From contig OZ250185.1 of the NCBI GenBank assembly GCA_965238265.1, positions 4,081,031 through 4,145,030 of the forward strand: a stretch of 64,000 nt of DNA, read 5' to 3'. The notes beneath the pieces were generated by a model that was not told the DNA's origin, searched no databases, and was given only the letters and a program-made list of their open reading frames with translations. This document shows, one piece after another, positions 8,930 to 18,161 of this stretch (position 1 is the first letter of the stretch; each line of letters starts with the position of its first letter). A program made the translations under genes and the position numbers. The DNA is from Chloroflexota bacterium. GTDB lineage: Bacteria; Chloroflexota; UBA11872; UBA12225; JAJDUF01.

Positions 8930-11900
8930 ATGTCCTCGGAATTCGTCCACCTCCACGTCCACTCCGAATACTCCATCCTCGACGGCCTCGCCCGCATCAA
9001 CACCTTGATCGAGCGCACGCGCGAGCTGGGTATGTCGGCGCTCGCGCTCACCGATCATGGCGCGCTGCACGGTGTCGTTGACTTCTATACCGCGGCGCAG
9101 GAGGCCGGCATTCAGCCGATCATCGGCTGCGAAGCCTACGTCGCGCCGCGCCGGATGGACCAGCGCGAGCCGAAAATTGACGACAAGAACTATCACCTCA
9201 CCTTGCTCGCCCAGGATGAAACCGGCTATCGCAACCTGCTCACGCTCTCCTCTCGCGCCCATTTGGACGGCTTCTACTACAAGCCGCGCATTGATCGAGA
9301 CTTGCTCTCGCAGCACCACCACGGGCTGATCTGCCTCTCGGGGTGCCAGTCCGGCGAGGTAGCACGCCTGCTCCTCAATGGTCAGGAGGAACAGGCGCGG
9401 TCGGTAGCGGCGTGGTACCGCGATCTGCTCGGGCCAGAGCGCTACTTCATCGAGCTACAGGATCAGGGCCTCGAGGGGCAAGCCGAACTCAACCGCCAGC
9501 TCGTCACACTGGCGCGTGAGCTGGGCCTGGAAGTGGTCGCCACGAACGATCTGCACTACGTCCGGCCGGAGGAGTCGCGGGCGCACGACATCCTGCTGTG
9601 CGTGCAGACCGGCTCGACCGTCAACGATGAGAAGCGCATGCGGATGGCGACGCCGAATTTCTACCTGCGCTCGCCGGCAGAGATGACCGCCTTGTTTGGC
9701 GAGCTACCGCAGGCGCTACGCAACACCGTGGCTATCGCCGAGCGCTGCCGGCTCACGCTGGAGTTTGATCGCATTCTGCTGCCCCAATTCGACATTCCCG
9801 CCGGCCACACCCCCGATAGCTATCTCCGGCAGCTCTGTGAGGAAGGGTTGGCAACCCGCTACGAGACAGTGACCGAGGCGCATCGCCGGCGGCTCGACTA
9901 CGAGCTGGACGTGATCGCCAAGACGGGCTACGCGCTCTACTTCCTGATCGTTGCGGATTTCGTCAGCTATGCCCGGTCGCGCGGCATCTTGGCCGACCCG
10001 CGGGGATCGGTGGCCGGCAGCATCGTCATCTACTGCCTGGGCATCTCCAACATTGACCCGCTCAGGTACAACATCATGTTCGAGCGGTTCCTGCACGCCG
10101 AGCGCCTGGGCATGCCCGACATTGACATGGATTTCGCCGACGACCGGCGCAGCGAGGTCATCCAATACGTGACCGAGAAGTACGGTCACGATCACGTCGC
10201 GCAAGTCATCACCTTCGGCACGATGGCCGCGCGTGCTGCCGTCCGCGACGTGGGCCGTGTCTTGGGGATGAGCTATGGCGAGGTGGACCGGGTAGCCAAG
10301 GCGATCCCGTTCGGTACGGACTTGGCCGCGGCGCGCAACGTGACCGACGTGCAGAAACTCGTGGCCGAGAATCCGCAAGTCAAAGAGCTGGTCGAACTGG
10401 CCGAGGCGTTGGAAGGCACGCCGCGCAACGCCTCCACGCACGCCGCGGCCGTCGTCATCTCCGCCGATCCCTTGATCGAGCACGTGCCGTTGCAGCGAGC
10501 GACGAAAGATAACAAGGAAGGGAGCCTGAGCAGCATTACCCAGTGGTCTTTCGGGATCATCGAAAAGGTTGGCTTGCTGAAGATGGACTTCCTCGGCCTG
10601 ACCAACCTCACCATCCTCGACCGCGCCGTGCAGTTCGTGCGCGAGCACCGGGGCGAGGAGCTTGATCTCAAAGCGCTGCCGATGGACTACGCCGACGAAC
10701 GGGCAAAGCGGACCTATGACATGCTGGCCCAAGGCCAGACGACGGCCGTGTTCCAGCTGGAGTCCGGCGGCATGCGGCGGTGCCTCAAGCAGCTGCGGCC
10801 CAACCGGATTACCGACCTGATCGCCATTGTGGCCCTCTATCGGCCGGGGCCGATGGAGAGCATCCCCGATTTCGTGGCCGCGAAGAACGGCACTCAGCCG
10901 ATTGCCTACCTCCATCCCGACCTGGAGCCACTGCTGGAGGAGACCTACGGGATCATCGTCTACCAGGATCAAGTGCTCCAGATTGCCCGCAAGATTGCCG
11001 GGTTCTCGTGGGGCGAGGCCGACGTGCTACGCAAAGCCATGGGCAAGAAGATCGCCGCGCTCATGGCCGAGCAGCAGGGTCAGTTCATTGACCGGGCGGT
11101 GCAGCGCGGCTACGACAAGACATTTGCCGAGACACTGTGGCAGCTGATCGAGCCGTTCGCCGGCTATGGGTTCCCCAAGGGGCACGCCGCCTACTATGCG
11201 GTGGTGGCCTATCAGACCGCCTACTTGAAGGCCAACTACCCGGTGGAATACCTGGCGGCGGTGTTGACGGCAGCATCCGGTGACGCGACGAAAGTCGGCG
11301 AGGCCGCGGCCGAGTGCCGGCGCTTGGACGTATCGCTGCTCCCGCCGAGCGTGAACCACAGCGGGTTGGCGTTCCGGATAGCTGACGCTCCGGGGGGCAC
11401 CCATGGGGCGGCGATCCGTTTCGGGCTGGCGGCGATCAAGAATCTCGGCGGCGCTGCTATCCGCAACCTCGTCCAGGCCCGCCAGCAAGATGGTCCGTTC
11501 TCGGACCTCGCCGACCTGTGCCGGCGGGTGGACTTGCGGCAGCTCAATCGCCGAGCACTCGAAAGCATGATTAAAGCCGGCGCACTCGACGATCTCGGTG
11601 AGCGGGCTGCACTCTTGGAGGGTCTGAACAGTGCGTTGGGCTTGGCCCAGACCGAGCAACGCGCCCGGCAGGCCGGACAGCTCTCGCTGCTCGACCAGTT
11701 TGCCGATGAGTCGGACTCTGCGGCAGCCGGTATGGGCTTTGCGTTGCCGGAGGCTGCGCCGGCCGAACGCAAGCAGCGGCTCGGCTGGGAGAAGGAGCTG
11801 CTCGGTCTCTACGTCTCCGAGCATCCGCTGGCGAGCATCGCCCAGAGCCTCGAAGCGGCCAGCACCCATCAGCTCGCTGATCTGAGCGAAGAGCTGGCCG

Positions 11901-12769
11901 GCCAGACGGTGCGGATCGGCGGAGCGGTGGCGTCGGTACGCATGATTCCGACGCGCAAGGGCGACATCATGGCGGTGGTCCAGGTGGAAGACCTCGCGAG
12001 CGGTATCGAGGTCGTCGTGTTCCCGCGCACCTTCGACGAAACGCGCGATCTGTGGCAAGAAGACAATGTGGTGCTGGTCTACGGCCGCGTGGACGTGCGC
12101 GCCGAACAGGTGCAGATCATCTGCGAGCGGGCAGAGCTGTTCGAGGGGAGTGAGGACGCAGCACCGCCCGGCGAACAGCAAAGTCAGCTGGCCCATGCCG
12201 TGACTGCCGGCGAGGCGGCGGCCGTCGAGCTGGCTGCTGAAGACGTGCCGAGCACCTCTACCGCAGCGGTCGCCACGCCGGGGGGCCAGTCGCCGGATGG
12301 GACGCCGGCCTGGTTCACGGGCGCGGACCAGGCGGAACCGGCACCACAGGAGGAGCCAGCCCGCCCGCGGCCCGGCGAGGACGCTGGCGAACCGGAGCAG
12401 CGCCAGCCGCCGGCTACTCAGCCTAGCCCCGGCACGAACGGGCACAATGGGGCCGTCCATACCCTGGCGCCGCAGCGGCTCGACATCGTGCTACGCCGCA
12501 CCGCGAACGATGCGGACGACGTGCATCGGCTGGACGAGCTAGGCACCTTGCTCAAGCGACACCCCGGCCTGGACCGCGTGCGGCTAACCATCGCGATGAA
12601 CACGGCACGGGTGGCCTTGGCGCTGCCCCACGAGGTGGACGCGAATCCGCAGATCGTGGACGCAGTGAGTCGGCTGCTCGGCGCACATGGGCAGGTGCAG
12701 ATTCACCCGGACATTGAGACTGGCGCAGGGGTGGTAACGCCCGCCCCGGAGCCGGCCGCTGCCGGATAG
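8930..12769 (+). CDS. dnaE: DNA polymerase III alpha subunit
   Basis: 1279 aa. The N-terminal PHP domain (FVHLHVHSEYSILDG) is followed by polymerase core motifs (YRPGPM, GFPKGHAAYYA), HhH, an OB fold, then a low-complexity P/E/A/Q linker and a C-terminal domain. Confidence 0.95.
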   Translation: MSSEFVHLHVHSEYSILDGLARINTLIERTRELGMSALALTDHGALHGVVDFYTAAQEAGIQPIIGCEAYVAPRRMDQREPKIDDKNYHLTLLAQDETGYRNLLTLSSRAHLDGFYYKPRIDRDLLSQHHHGLICLSGCQSGEVARLLLNGQEEQARSVAAWYRDLLGPERYFIELQDQGLEGQAELNRQLVTLARELGLEVVATNDLHYVRPEESRAHDILLCVQTGSTVNDEKRMRMATPNFYLRSPAEMTALFGELPQALRNTVAIAERCRLTLEFDRILLPQFDIPAGHTPDSYLRQLCEEGLATRYETVTEAHRRRLDYELDVIAKTGYALYFLIVADFVSYARSRGILADPRGSVAGSIVIYCLGISNIDPLRYNIMFERFLHAERLGMPDIDMDFADDRRSEVIQYVTEKYGHDHVAQVITFGTMAARAAVRDVGRVLGMSYGEVDRVAKAIPFGTDLAAARNVTDVQKLVAENPQVKELVELAEALEGTPRNASTHAAAVVISADPLIEHVPLQRATKDNKEGSLSSITQWSFGIIEKVGLLKMDFLGLTNLTILDRAVQFVREHRGEELDLKALPMDYADERAKRTYDMLAQGQTTAVFQLESGGMRRCLKQLRPNRITDLIAIVALYRPGPMESIPDFVAAKNGTQPIAYLHPDLEPLLEETYGIIVYQDQVLQIARKIAGFSWGEADVLRKAMGKKIAALMAEQQGQFIDRAVQRGYDKTFAETLWQLIEPFAGYGFPKGHAAYYAVVAYQTAYLKANYPVEYLAAVLTAASGDATKVGEAAAECRRLDVSLLPPSVNHSGLAFRIADAPGGTHGAAIRFGLAAIKNLGGAAIRNLVQARQQDGPFSDLADLCRRVDLRQLNRRALESMIKAGALDDLGERAALLEGLNSALGLAQTEQRARQAGQLSLLDQFADESDSAAAGMGFALPEAAPAERKQRLGWEKELLGLYVSEHPLASIAQSLEAASTHQLADLSEELAGQTVRIGGAVASVRMIPTRKGDIMAVVQVEDLASGIEVVVFPRTFDETRDLWQEDNVVLVYGRVDVRAEQVQIICERAELFEGSEDAAPPGEQQSQLAHAVTAGEAAAVELAAEDVPSTSTAAVATPGGQSPDGTPAWFTGADQAEPAPQEEPARPRPGEDAGEPEQRQPPATQPSPGTNGHNGAVHTLAPQRLDIVLRRTANDADDVHRLDELGTLLKRHPGLDRVRLTIAMNTARVALALPHEVDANPQIVDAVSRLLGAHGQVQIHPDIETGAGVVTPAPEPAAAG

Positions 12770-12799
12770 CAAGCGCACGGTCGCCGCATACTGGCCGCT

Positions 12800-12834
12800 G
12801 TCACTGTTACTCCCGCTTTCGCGGGAATCTGGGC
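12800..12834. repeat. hairpin repeat, family A (tcccgc-ttt-cgcggga core)
   Basis: gtcactgttactcccgctttcgcgggaatctggg. The same core is present at 20114, 34159, 50349, 52251, 53576 and 55231, with a gattgcggc...gccgcaat variant at 18844, 53620 and 55285. Confidence 0.8.
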
Positions 12835-12916
12835 CTGTATCCTGTGGCATCTGGCTTGCGTAGGCAGGTATCGAACCGAGGTTTCCGCCCCAACTGAGGA
12901 GCGCTAAGGAGGCCAT

Positions 12917-14044
12917 ATGCTGAGATATTATCGACGAACATTGTTGGCGATGCTTTCCCAACTCCAGAAAATTCGTCATGACCCAGAGGGGAGTGCCGTG
13001 GAGGTCTTGCGGTTACAATTGAAACTCCTGGAAAAGATCAAATATGTTGAATCTCGGAGCCGAGCAGCACGTCAAGACGGAAACCTAACTCTCAGAGACG
13101 AGTATCGCGATCTAATTCTGCTGTTGAAGAGTATTGGTGACAGCATTGCCCTATTCTATCTTTCCATCTGGGATGTCAAGCCAATCTCAATGCATCATTC
13201 ACCGGGATTCATCTTGGGCAAAAGCGGTCTGCGTGCCGAACTAGCCGAACTTCGTCGTATCTACAAGATGGGTGGCATCGCTATCCTGAATGATATTACA
13301 AACAATTTGAGATATGGGGACATCACTATCCTTTCTCCTATTAATGCTATTATTGAGGTCAAGACAAACAAAGAGAGATCACGTCGAGCGACTCGCCAAC
13401 GCAGGGCATTGAAGAAACTCACAGATTATCTAGTTTCTGATGATGAAGGGGCACCTTTCGGTCGCTTTGAGAATCTCATACGGATTGGAGTTCATCAGAA
13501 GGAGCATTACTTATGGCGAGAATTAAACGCTCTGATACGAGAAGCGCAGGAGTACGGGCATGCTGGTTCTTTAGTTGAGAATGGTGTCTTCTATCATGTT
13601 TCTCGGCGTGGCGTTTCACCAAAACTTATCATCGACGACATAGGACGTCATGTGTCTTCACCTATATTGAATATGTGTAACGAGAATAAGTTTGATAATC
13701 TCTATTATCACCCCTTTACATCATCTATACACGAACCTCGCGCTGTTTTGGATCTCTTGTGCGGTGAATTGTTTATTTTTGTTGCTGTTGATAAGGAGTT
13801 TATTTCCGAGAGACTTTTCCAAATGGGTCTCACGGCACAGTTCCTTGAGGATGAGAATTTCCCAGTCAGGATCACTGCAGCTGATAGTGCCGCTGATGAT
13901 TCTGCCAAAATGGAGGTTGGGAAGCATCTATTCAATCGTGTATTTCGTGAGTTCCTAAGTATGGATTGGCTCTTATGTGAGTTAGTCCGTCGCTACACGA
14001 GATTCGCAAGAGAAGAAGCTGAGGTTAGTGGCGTATTGGACTAA
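12917..14044 (+). CDS. AT-rich orphan protein with a candidate PD-(D/E)xK nuclease motif (D135 ... E147-V-K149); function unknown
   Basis: 375-aa ORF with a strong SD (ctaaggaggccatATG). Composition is clearly foreign: the line 13321..13380 has 21/60 G+C against 38/60 for 12661..12720 in dnaE. The motif is RYGDITILSPINAIIEVKT, followed by a basic helix RSRRATRQRRALKKL. Confidence 0.75.
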   Translation: MLRYYRRTLLAMLSQLQKIRHDPEGSAVEVLRLQLKLLEKIKYVESRSRAARQDGNLTLRDEYRDLILLLKSIGDSIALFYLSIWDVKPISMHHSPGFILGKSGLRAELAELRRIYKMGGIAILNDITNNLRYGDITILSPINAIIEVKTNKERSRRATRQRRALKKLTDYLVSDDEGAPFGRFENLIRIGVHQKEHYLWRELNALIREAQEYGHAGSLVENGVFYHVSRRGVSPKLIIDDIGRHVSSPILNMCNENKFDNLYYHPFTSSIHEPRAVLDLLCGELFIFVAVDKEFISERLFQMGLTAQFLEDENFPVRITAADSAADDSAKMEVGKHLFNRVFREFLSMDWLLCELVRRYTRFAREEAEVSGVLD

Positions 14045-14128
14045 GCTTGCCATGCCACCCTGCGCGGCGTATCCTCGGAAGAGGCAGCCCCCGCGACAAC
14101 GAGGTGCCGGGGGCGAGGGGATGGTCCG

Positions 14129-15607
14129 ATGATTGGCCGCACGGCGCGTCGCCTGCTGTATGTGCTGCTCCTGCTGATCGGGCTGGGGAGCGGCGTCGCT
14201 GCGCCCGGCCTCGCCGCTATCGCCGCGGCGGCAGAGACGGCCAGCCCGGCGGCGCAGGCCCAACGGGTGCTCTACACCGCCGAGATTGACGGCGCCATCA
14301 CGCCGATCACCGCCCAGTACCTCAGCCGCGCCATCAGCCGCGCCGAGCGGGACCAGGCAGCGGGGCTGCTCATCCGGCTCGACACGCCCGGTGGTCTGGA
14401 GAGCGCCATGCGGGACATCGCCCAGCGACTGCTCGGCGCCCAAGTCCCGACGATTGTCTACGTGGCCCCGGCCGGCGCGCGTGCCGCGTCCGCCGGCCTG
14501 TTTGTGACGCTCGCCGCCCACGTCGCAGCGATGGCGCCCGGCACCAACATCGGCGCCGCCCATCCGGTGGCGCTTGGTCAGGACGGGGCGGCTGCCGAAA
14601 CGACACCGCTGACCAAGGCCACCGAGGACGCTGCGGCGCTGGTGCGCTCGCTGGCCACTACCTATGGGCGTAACGCCATTTGGGCCGAGCAGGCGGTACG
14701 CGAGAGCGTAGCGATTACCGCTGCCGAAGCACTCGACCGGACCGTGATTGATTTCGTTGCGACCGATGTCACTGACCTGCTGCAACAGGTAGAGGGGAAA
14801 ACGGTGCCGGTGGCTGGGCAGCCGGTCACACTGCAACTGGCCGGCACGCCCACGCAAGCCATCGCGATGACGTGGCTGGAGCAGCTCCTCGCCATCATCG
14901 CCAATCCCAATATCGCGCTGATCTTGATGAGCCTCGGTACGCTGGGGCTGTTCGCCGAAATGCAGCATCCCGGCACGGTGCTCCCCGGCGTGCTGGGAGG
15001 CGGCGCGCTGATCCTCGGACTGGTGGCCCTCGGCAACCTCCCCTTCAACTGGGCCGGCCTGGCGCTGCTGGCGCTCGCTGCGGTGCTGCTGATTGCCGAG
15101 GTCTTCATCGCCGGTTTCGGCGCCTTTGGCGTTGGCTCTATCATCGCCTTCGTCTTGGGCGCCATCCTGCTCTTCTTCCCGCTCACCCCACCGTCGCCAA
15201 TCCAGATCACGGTATCGGTCCATCCCGGCGTCATCGCCAGCATGACGGCCACCATGGGCGCCTTTGTCTTCATCGTCGTGCGCGGAGTTTTGCGGGCACG
15301 CAACGCACCGATAGGCACGGGCAAAGAGCGGCTCGTCGGCGCGACTGGAACGGCGCTCACGCCGCTGCATGCCGAGCGCATTGGGCAGGTGCGCGCGGCG
15401 AGCGACACCTGGAGCGCGACGCTCGAACCGCTCTACCGCGAGTCGTCCGTCTCGGTCGGGGAGACCGTCGAGGTCATGGAGGTCCGCGGCGTGACACTGC
15501 TCGTGCGGCCCAGCCTCGTCACCGCGCCGCACCCCCGGCCCCCGCGCCACAAGGAGAGCGGGAGCGTCCGCCGGAGCCGACCATTTGACAGCGTAGGGCA
15601 AACCTGA
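14129..15607 (+). CDS. NfeD-family membrane-bound ClpP-class serine protease
   Basis: Signal/TM N-terminus, a ClpP-like domain (LIRLDTPGGLESAMRDI ... APAGARAASAGLFV), central TM helices and a C-terminal NfeD OB domain (GQVRAASDTWSA...VEVMEVRGVTLLV). It lies immediately upstream of an SPFH gene. Confidence 0.9.
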   Translation: MIGRTARRLLYVLLLLIGLGSGVAAPGLAAIAAAAETASPAAQAQRVLYTAEIDGAITPITAQYLSRAISRAERDQAAGLLIRLDTPGGLESAMRDIAQRLLGAQVPTIVYVAPAGARAASAGLFVTLAAHVAAMAPGTNIGAAHPVALGQDGAAAETTPLTKATEDAAALVRSLATTYGRNAIWAEQAVRESVAITAAEALDRTVIDFVATDVTDLLQQVEGKTVPVAGQPVTLQLAGTPTQAIAMTWLEQLLAIIANPNIALILMSLGTLGLFAEMQHPGTVLPGVLGGGALILGLVALGNLPFNWAGLALLALAAVLLIAEVFIAGFGAFGVGSIIAFVLGAILLFFPLTPPSPIQITVSVHPGVIASMTATMGAFVFIVVRGVLRARNAPIGTGKERLVGATGTALTPLHAERIGQVRAASDTWSATLEPLYRESSVSVGETVEVMEVRGVTLLVRPSLVTAPHPRPPRHKESGSVRRSRPFDSVGQT

Positions 15608-15642
15608 GGTACACTGGAGCAGTCGCCCAAGGAGACGTAGCG

Positions 15643-16614
15643 ATGGAACCCAATCTGATCGGCATAGGCGTGGCTGCCGTGGTCGTTATCCTCATATTTC
15701 TGTGGGCCGCCCGGATTGTGCCGGAGTATCGCCGCCTCGTCGTGTTCCGGCTGGGGCGCTCTATCGGCGCCCGCGGCCCCGGCTTGGTGCTACTCATTCC
15801 TTTCGTTGATCGCCCGGTAGGCGTGGACCTGCGCGAGCGCTATTTTGACGTGCCACCGCAGTCGGCTATCAGCCAGGATAACGCCTCGCTCTCCATTGAC
15901 TTCATCGTCTACATGCGGGTCGTGGACCCGGTTAGCAGCGTGGTGGAGGTGGAAGACTTCACGGGGGCGGCGCGCGGCATTGCGATCACCACGATCCGCG
16001 CTATCGTCGGTGACATGATGCTCGACGCGGTGCTCTCGCAGCGCGATCAGATCAATGCGGGCATGCGGACGAAGCTGGATGAAGTGACCAACCGTTGGGG
16101 GGTCAAGATCAATGCGGTCGAAATCCGCGAGATTCTGCCCCCGCAGGATATTCAGGAGGCGATGACGCGCCAGATGTCGGCCGAGCGCACCCGTCGGGCC
16201 GCGGTGACCGAGGCCGAGGGACAGCGCGAGGCGACCATCACCGTCGCCGAGGGCAATAAGCAGGCCGCCATTCTCAACGCCGAGGGCACCCAGCAAGCAA
16301 CGATCCTCGAGGCCGAGGGCCGCCGCCAAGAGGCCATCCTGACGGCCCAAGGCTTCGCCGACGCTTTGCAGCGGATTTACGCCGTGGCCCAGCAGGTCGA
16401 TCCGAAGACGATGAGCCTGCAATATCTGGACGCGCTCAAGGCCATTGGCGCCAGTCCGGCGACGAAGTTCATCCTTCCGATGGAGCTAACCACACTGATG
16501 CATACCTTCAGCGACTTTGCCGCCCGCGCGGCCGACGGCACGGATGGCGCCGCGGCGCAGCCAACCGGCGGACAACAGCCCGTCACCATCGTCCCCGACG
16601 ACAGAGACGAGTGA
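15643..16614 (+). CDS. SPFH/band-7 (stomatin/slipin-like) protein
   Basis: N-terminal TM, RIVPEYRRLVVFRLGR, and an EA-rich coiled coil (AEGQREATITVAEGNKQAAILNAEG...). This is the classic nfeD-stomatin operon arrangement. Confidence 0.9.
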   Translation: MEPNLIGIGVAAVVVILIFLWAARIVPEYRRLVVFRLGRSIGARGPGLVLLIPFVDRPVGVDLRERYFDVPPQSAISQDNASLSIDFIVYMRVVDPVSSVVEVEDFTGAARGIAITTIRAIVGDMMLDAVLSQRDQINAGMRTKLDEVTNRWGVKINAVEIREILPPQDIQEAMTRQMSAERTRRAAVTEAEGQREATITVAEGNKQAAILNAEGTQQATILEAEGRRQEAILTAQGFADALQRIYAVAQQVDPKTMSLQYLDALKAIGASPATKFILPMELTTLMHTFSDFAARAADGTDGAAAQPTGGQQPVTIVPDDRDE

Positions 16615-16624
16615 TCAGTGGTGA

Positions 16625-16712
16625 GTGGCCCCCACCCTGGCCCTCCCCCGTTGCGACAGGGGAGGGAACGCGCCGTCCCCCCGCCGCAGCGGGGGGGCCA
16701 TAGGGGGGCCGG
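16625..16712. repeat. about 88-bp intergenic repeat, family E (copy 1)
   Basis: gtggcccccaccctggccctcccccgttgcgacaggggagggaacgcgccgtccccccgccgcagcgggggggccataggggggccggc is nearly identical to 35075..35163. An inverted fragment of the same element lies near 37710..37745. Confidence 0.9.
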
Positions 16713-16716
16713 CCGG

Positions 16717-16772
16717 TATTGCACCTACCCCCCGGCCCCTTCCCTTCAGGGAGAGGGGTGGGGGTAGGTATC
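16717..16772. repeat. palindromic repeat, family D-like
   Basis: attgcacctaccccccggccccttcccttcagggagaggggtgggggtaggtatc. It overlaps the last codons of the cca ORF. Confidence 0.75.
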
Positions 16773-18161
16773 AGGCGCGATGCCTCGCTCCTGGGCAAAG
16801 GCCACGGCCAGCTCGATGGCTCGCTCACGGTCGTCTTGGGCCAGCTCACCGTCCAAGACCAGGGCCAAGAGATAGTCCTTGATTTCCTGAATCCAGCGCC
16901 CCGGCCCACGGCCGAACAGCGTCATCAGATCGTGCCCGTCGAGCGGGCTGCTCATCTGCGCTATGTCCTCGGCGGCCTGAAGCTCGGCGCAGCGCCGCTC
17001 GAATTCGTCCGCGCGCTGTGCTGCGGCCCGCACCCGCTCCTCGCGGTAGCTCGTCACGTCGGCCCGCGACAGGGCAACCAGTGGCGCTAGCTCCTCGCCG
17101 GCCTCGCGGACGAGCCGCCGGACTGCTCCGTCGGTCCACGTAGAGGCGTAGGAGTTCACGCGCAGGTGCATCCTGATCAGCTTGGTCACGCGGCGGATGA
17201 AGCCCTGCTCGAACCGCAAGCCGTTGAGAATACGCCGCGCCATGCGGGCGCCAACCTCATCGTGCCCGAAGAAATGCACCTGACCGTCGCGCACCGACTT
17301 GGTTTGCGGCTTGGCGATATCGTGCAGCAGCGCCGCCCAACGCAGCAGCAGATCGGGCGGCGTATTCTCCAGCACGCCCAACGTGTGCTCGAAGACATCC
17401 TTGTGGTGCATGGGCCGCTGGCTGACGCCACTCAGCGTCAGTACCTCCGGGATGATGTAGCGCATCAGATCGAGGGTCACGGCGAGGCGAATACCGAACG
17501 CCGGGCGCGGCGACACCAGAATCTTGCTCAACTCGTCCGCTACACGCTCGCGGCTGATCGTCCGCAGTAGCAGGGCTTGGGTGCGGATAGCCTCCAGCGT
17601 TTCGCGGTGGAGGCCAAAACCCAACTGGGCCGCCTGGCGCACCGCCCGCAGCAGCCGCAGTGGGTCTTCGGCAAACCGCTCGTGGGGGACGCCAACGGCG
17701 CGAATCAGCCCGGCCCGCAGGTCGGCCTGACCGCCGTAGGGGTCTACAATCTCGCCCGTCCGCAGGTCGCGCGCCATGGCGTTGATGGTGAAGTCCCGCC
17801 GCGCCAGGTCCTCGGCGAGCGACACGCCGTACTGCACCTGCGGCTTGCGTGAGCCGCGCTCATACTGCTCGCCACGGAAGGTCGTAATCTCGATGTTCCG
17901 GCCCGCAAAGACCAGACCAATCGTCCCGAACTTCTCGCCCACGCCATGCACGGCATCGGGCTGCACGTCGCGTGCCAGCCGGCGCACGGCGGCCGGTACC
18001 GCGTCGGTCGTGAGGTCCAGGTCGGGGCTAGGCCGCTCCAAGAGCCGGTCGCGCACGGCGCCACCCACCAGATAGAGCTGATGGCCGGCCGCCGAGAAGG
18101 CCGCCGCGAGCCGCGCCAACACCGGATCAAGGCTATTGTCTGCCTTCTGCGCCACGCCCAC
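16746..18161 (-). CDS. cca: CCA-adding enzyme / poly(A) polymerase-family tRNA nucleotidyltransferase with HD domain
   Basis: LYLVGGAVRDRLL...DLDLTT nucleotidyltransferase head, RDFTINAMA, and a C-terminal HD motif (LLHDIAKP). The 5' end overlaps the preceding ORF by 29 nt and the last codons lie in a repeat. Confidence 0.85.
   Translation of the reverse strand: MGVAQKADNSLDPVLARLAAAFSAAGHQLYLVGGAVRDRLLERPSPDLDLTTDAVPAAVRRLARDVQPDAVHGVGEKFGTIGLVFAGRNIEITTFRGEQYERGSRKPQVQYGVSLAEDLARRDFTINAMARDLRTGEIVDPYGGQADLRAGLIRAVGVPHERFAEDPLRLLRAVRQAAQLGFGLHRETLEAIRTQALLLRTISRERVADELSKILVSPRPAFGIRLAVTLDLMRYIIPEVLTLSGVSQRPMHHKDVFEHTLGVLENTPPDLLLRWAALLHDIAKPQTKSVRDGQVHFFGHDEVGARMARRILNGLRFEQGFIRRVTKLIRMHLRVNSYASTWTDGAVRRLVREAGEELAPLVALSRADVTSYREERVRAAAQRADEFERRCAELQAAEDIAQMSSPLDGHDLMTLFGRGPGRWIQEIKDYLLALVLDGELAQDDRERAIELAVAFAQERGIAPDTYPHPSP

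Noticed and set aside
9716-12460. Long antisense ORFs inside dnaE (9716..10972 and 11027..12460, minus strand)
   Set aside because: They lie entirely within the well-supported dnaE frame. Their products are Arg/Gly/Pro/Ala-rich with no motifs, the usual high-GC antisense artefact. The same reasoning applies to 13982..15601(-), 5187..6377(-), 21031..22053(-), 22920..23786(-), 53753..55138(-), 47278..48471(+), 46118..47086(+), 57630..58586(+) and similar shadow ORFs.
12860-12900. Possible tRNA 3'-end fragment (ggtatcgaaccgagg) as an integration scar upstream of the AT-rich orphan gene
   Set aside because: I could not fold a T-arm because the flanking bases are not complementary, and there is no matching direct repeat downstream of the gene.
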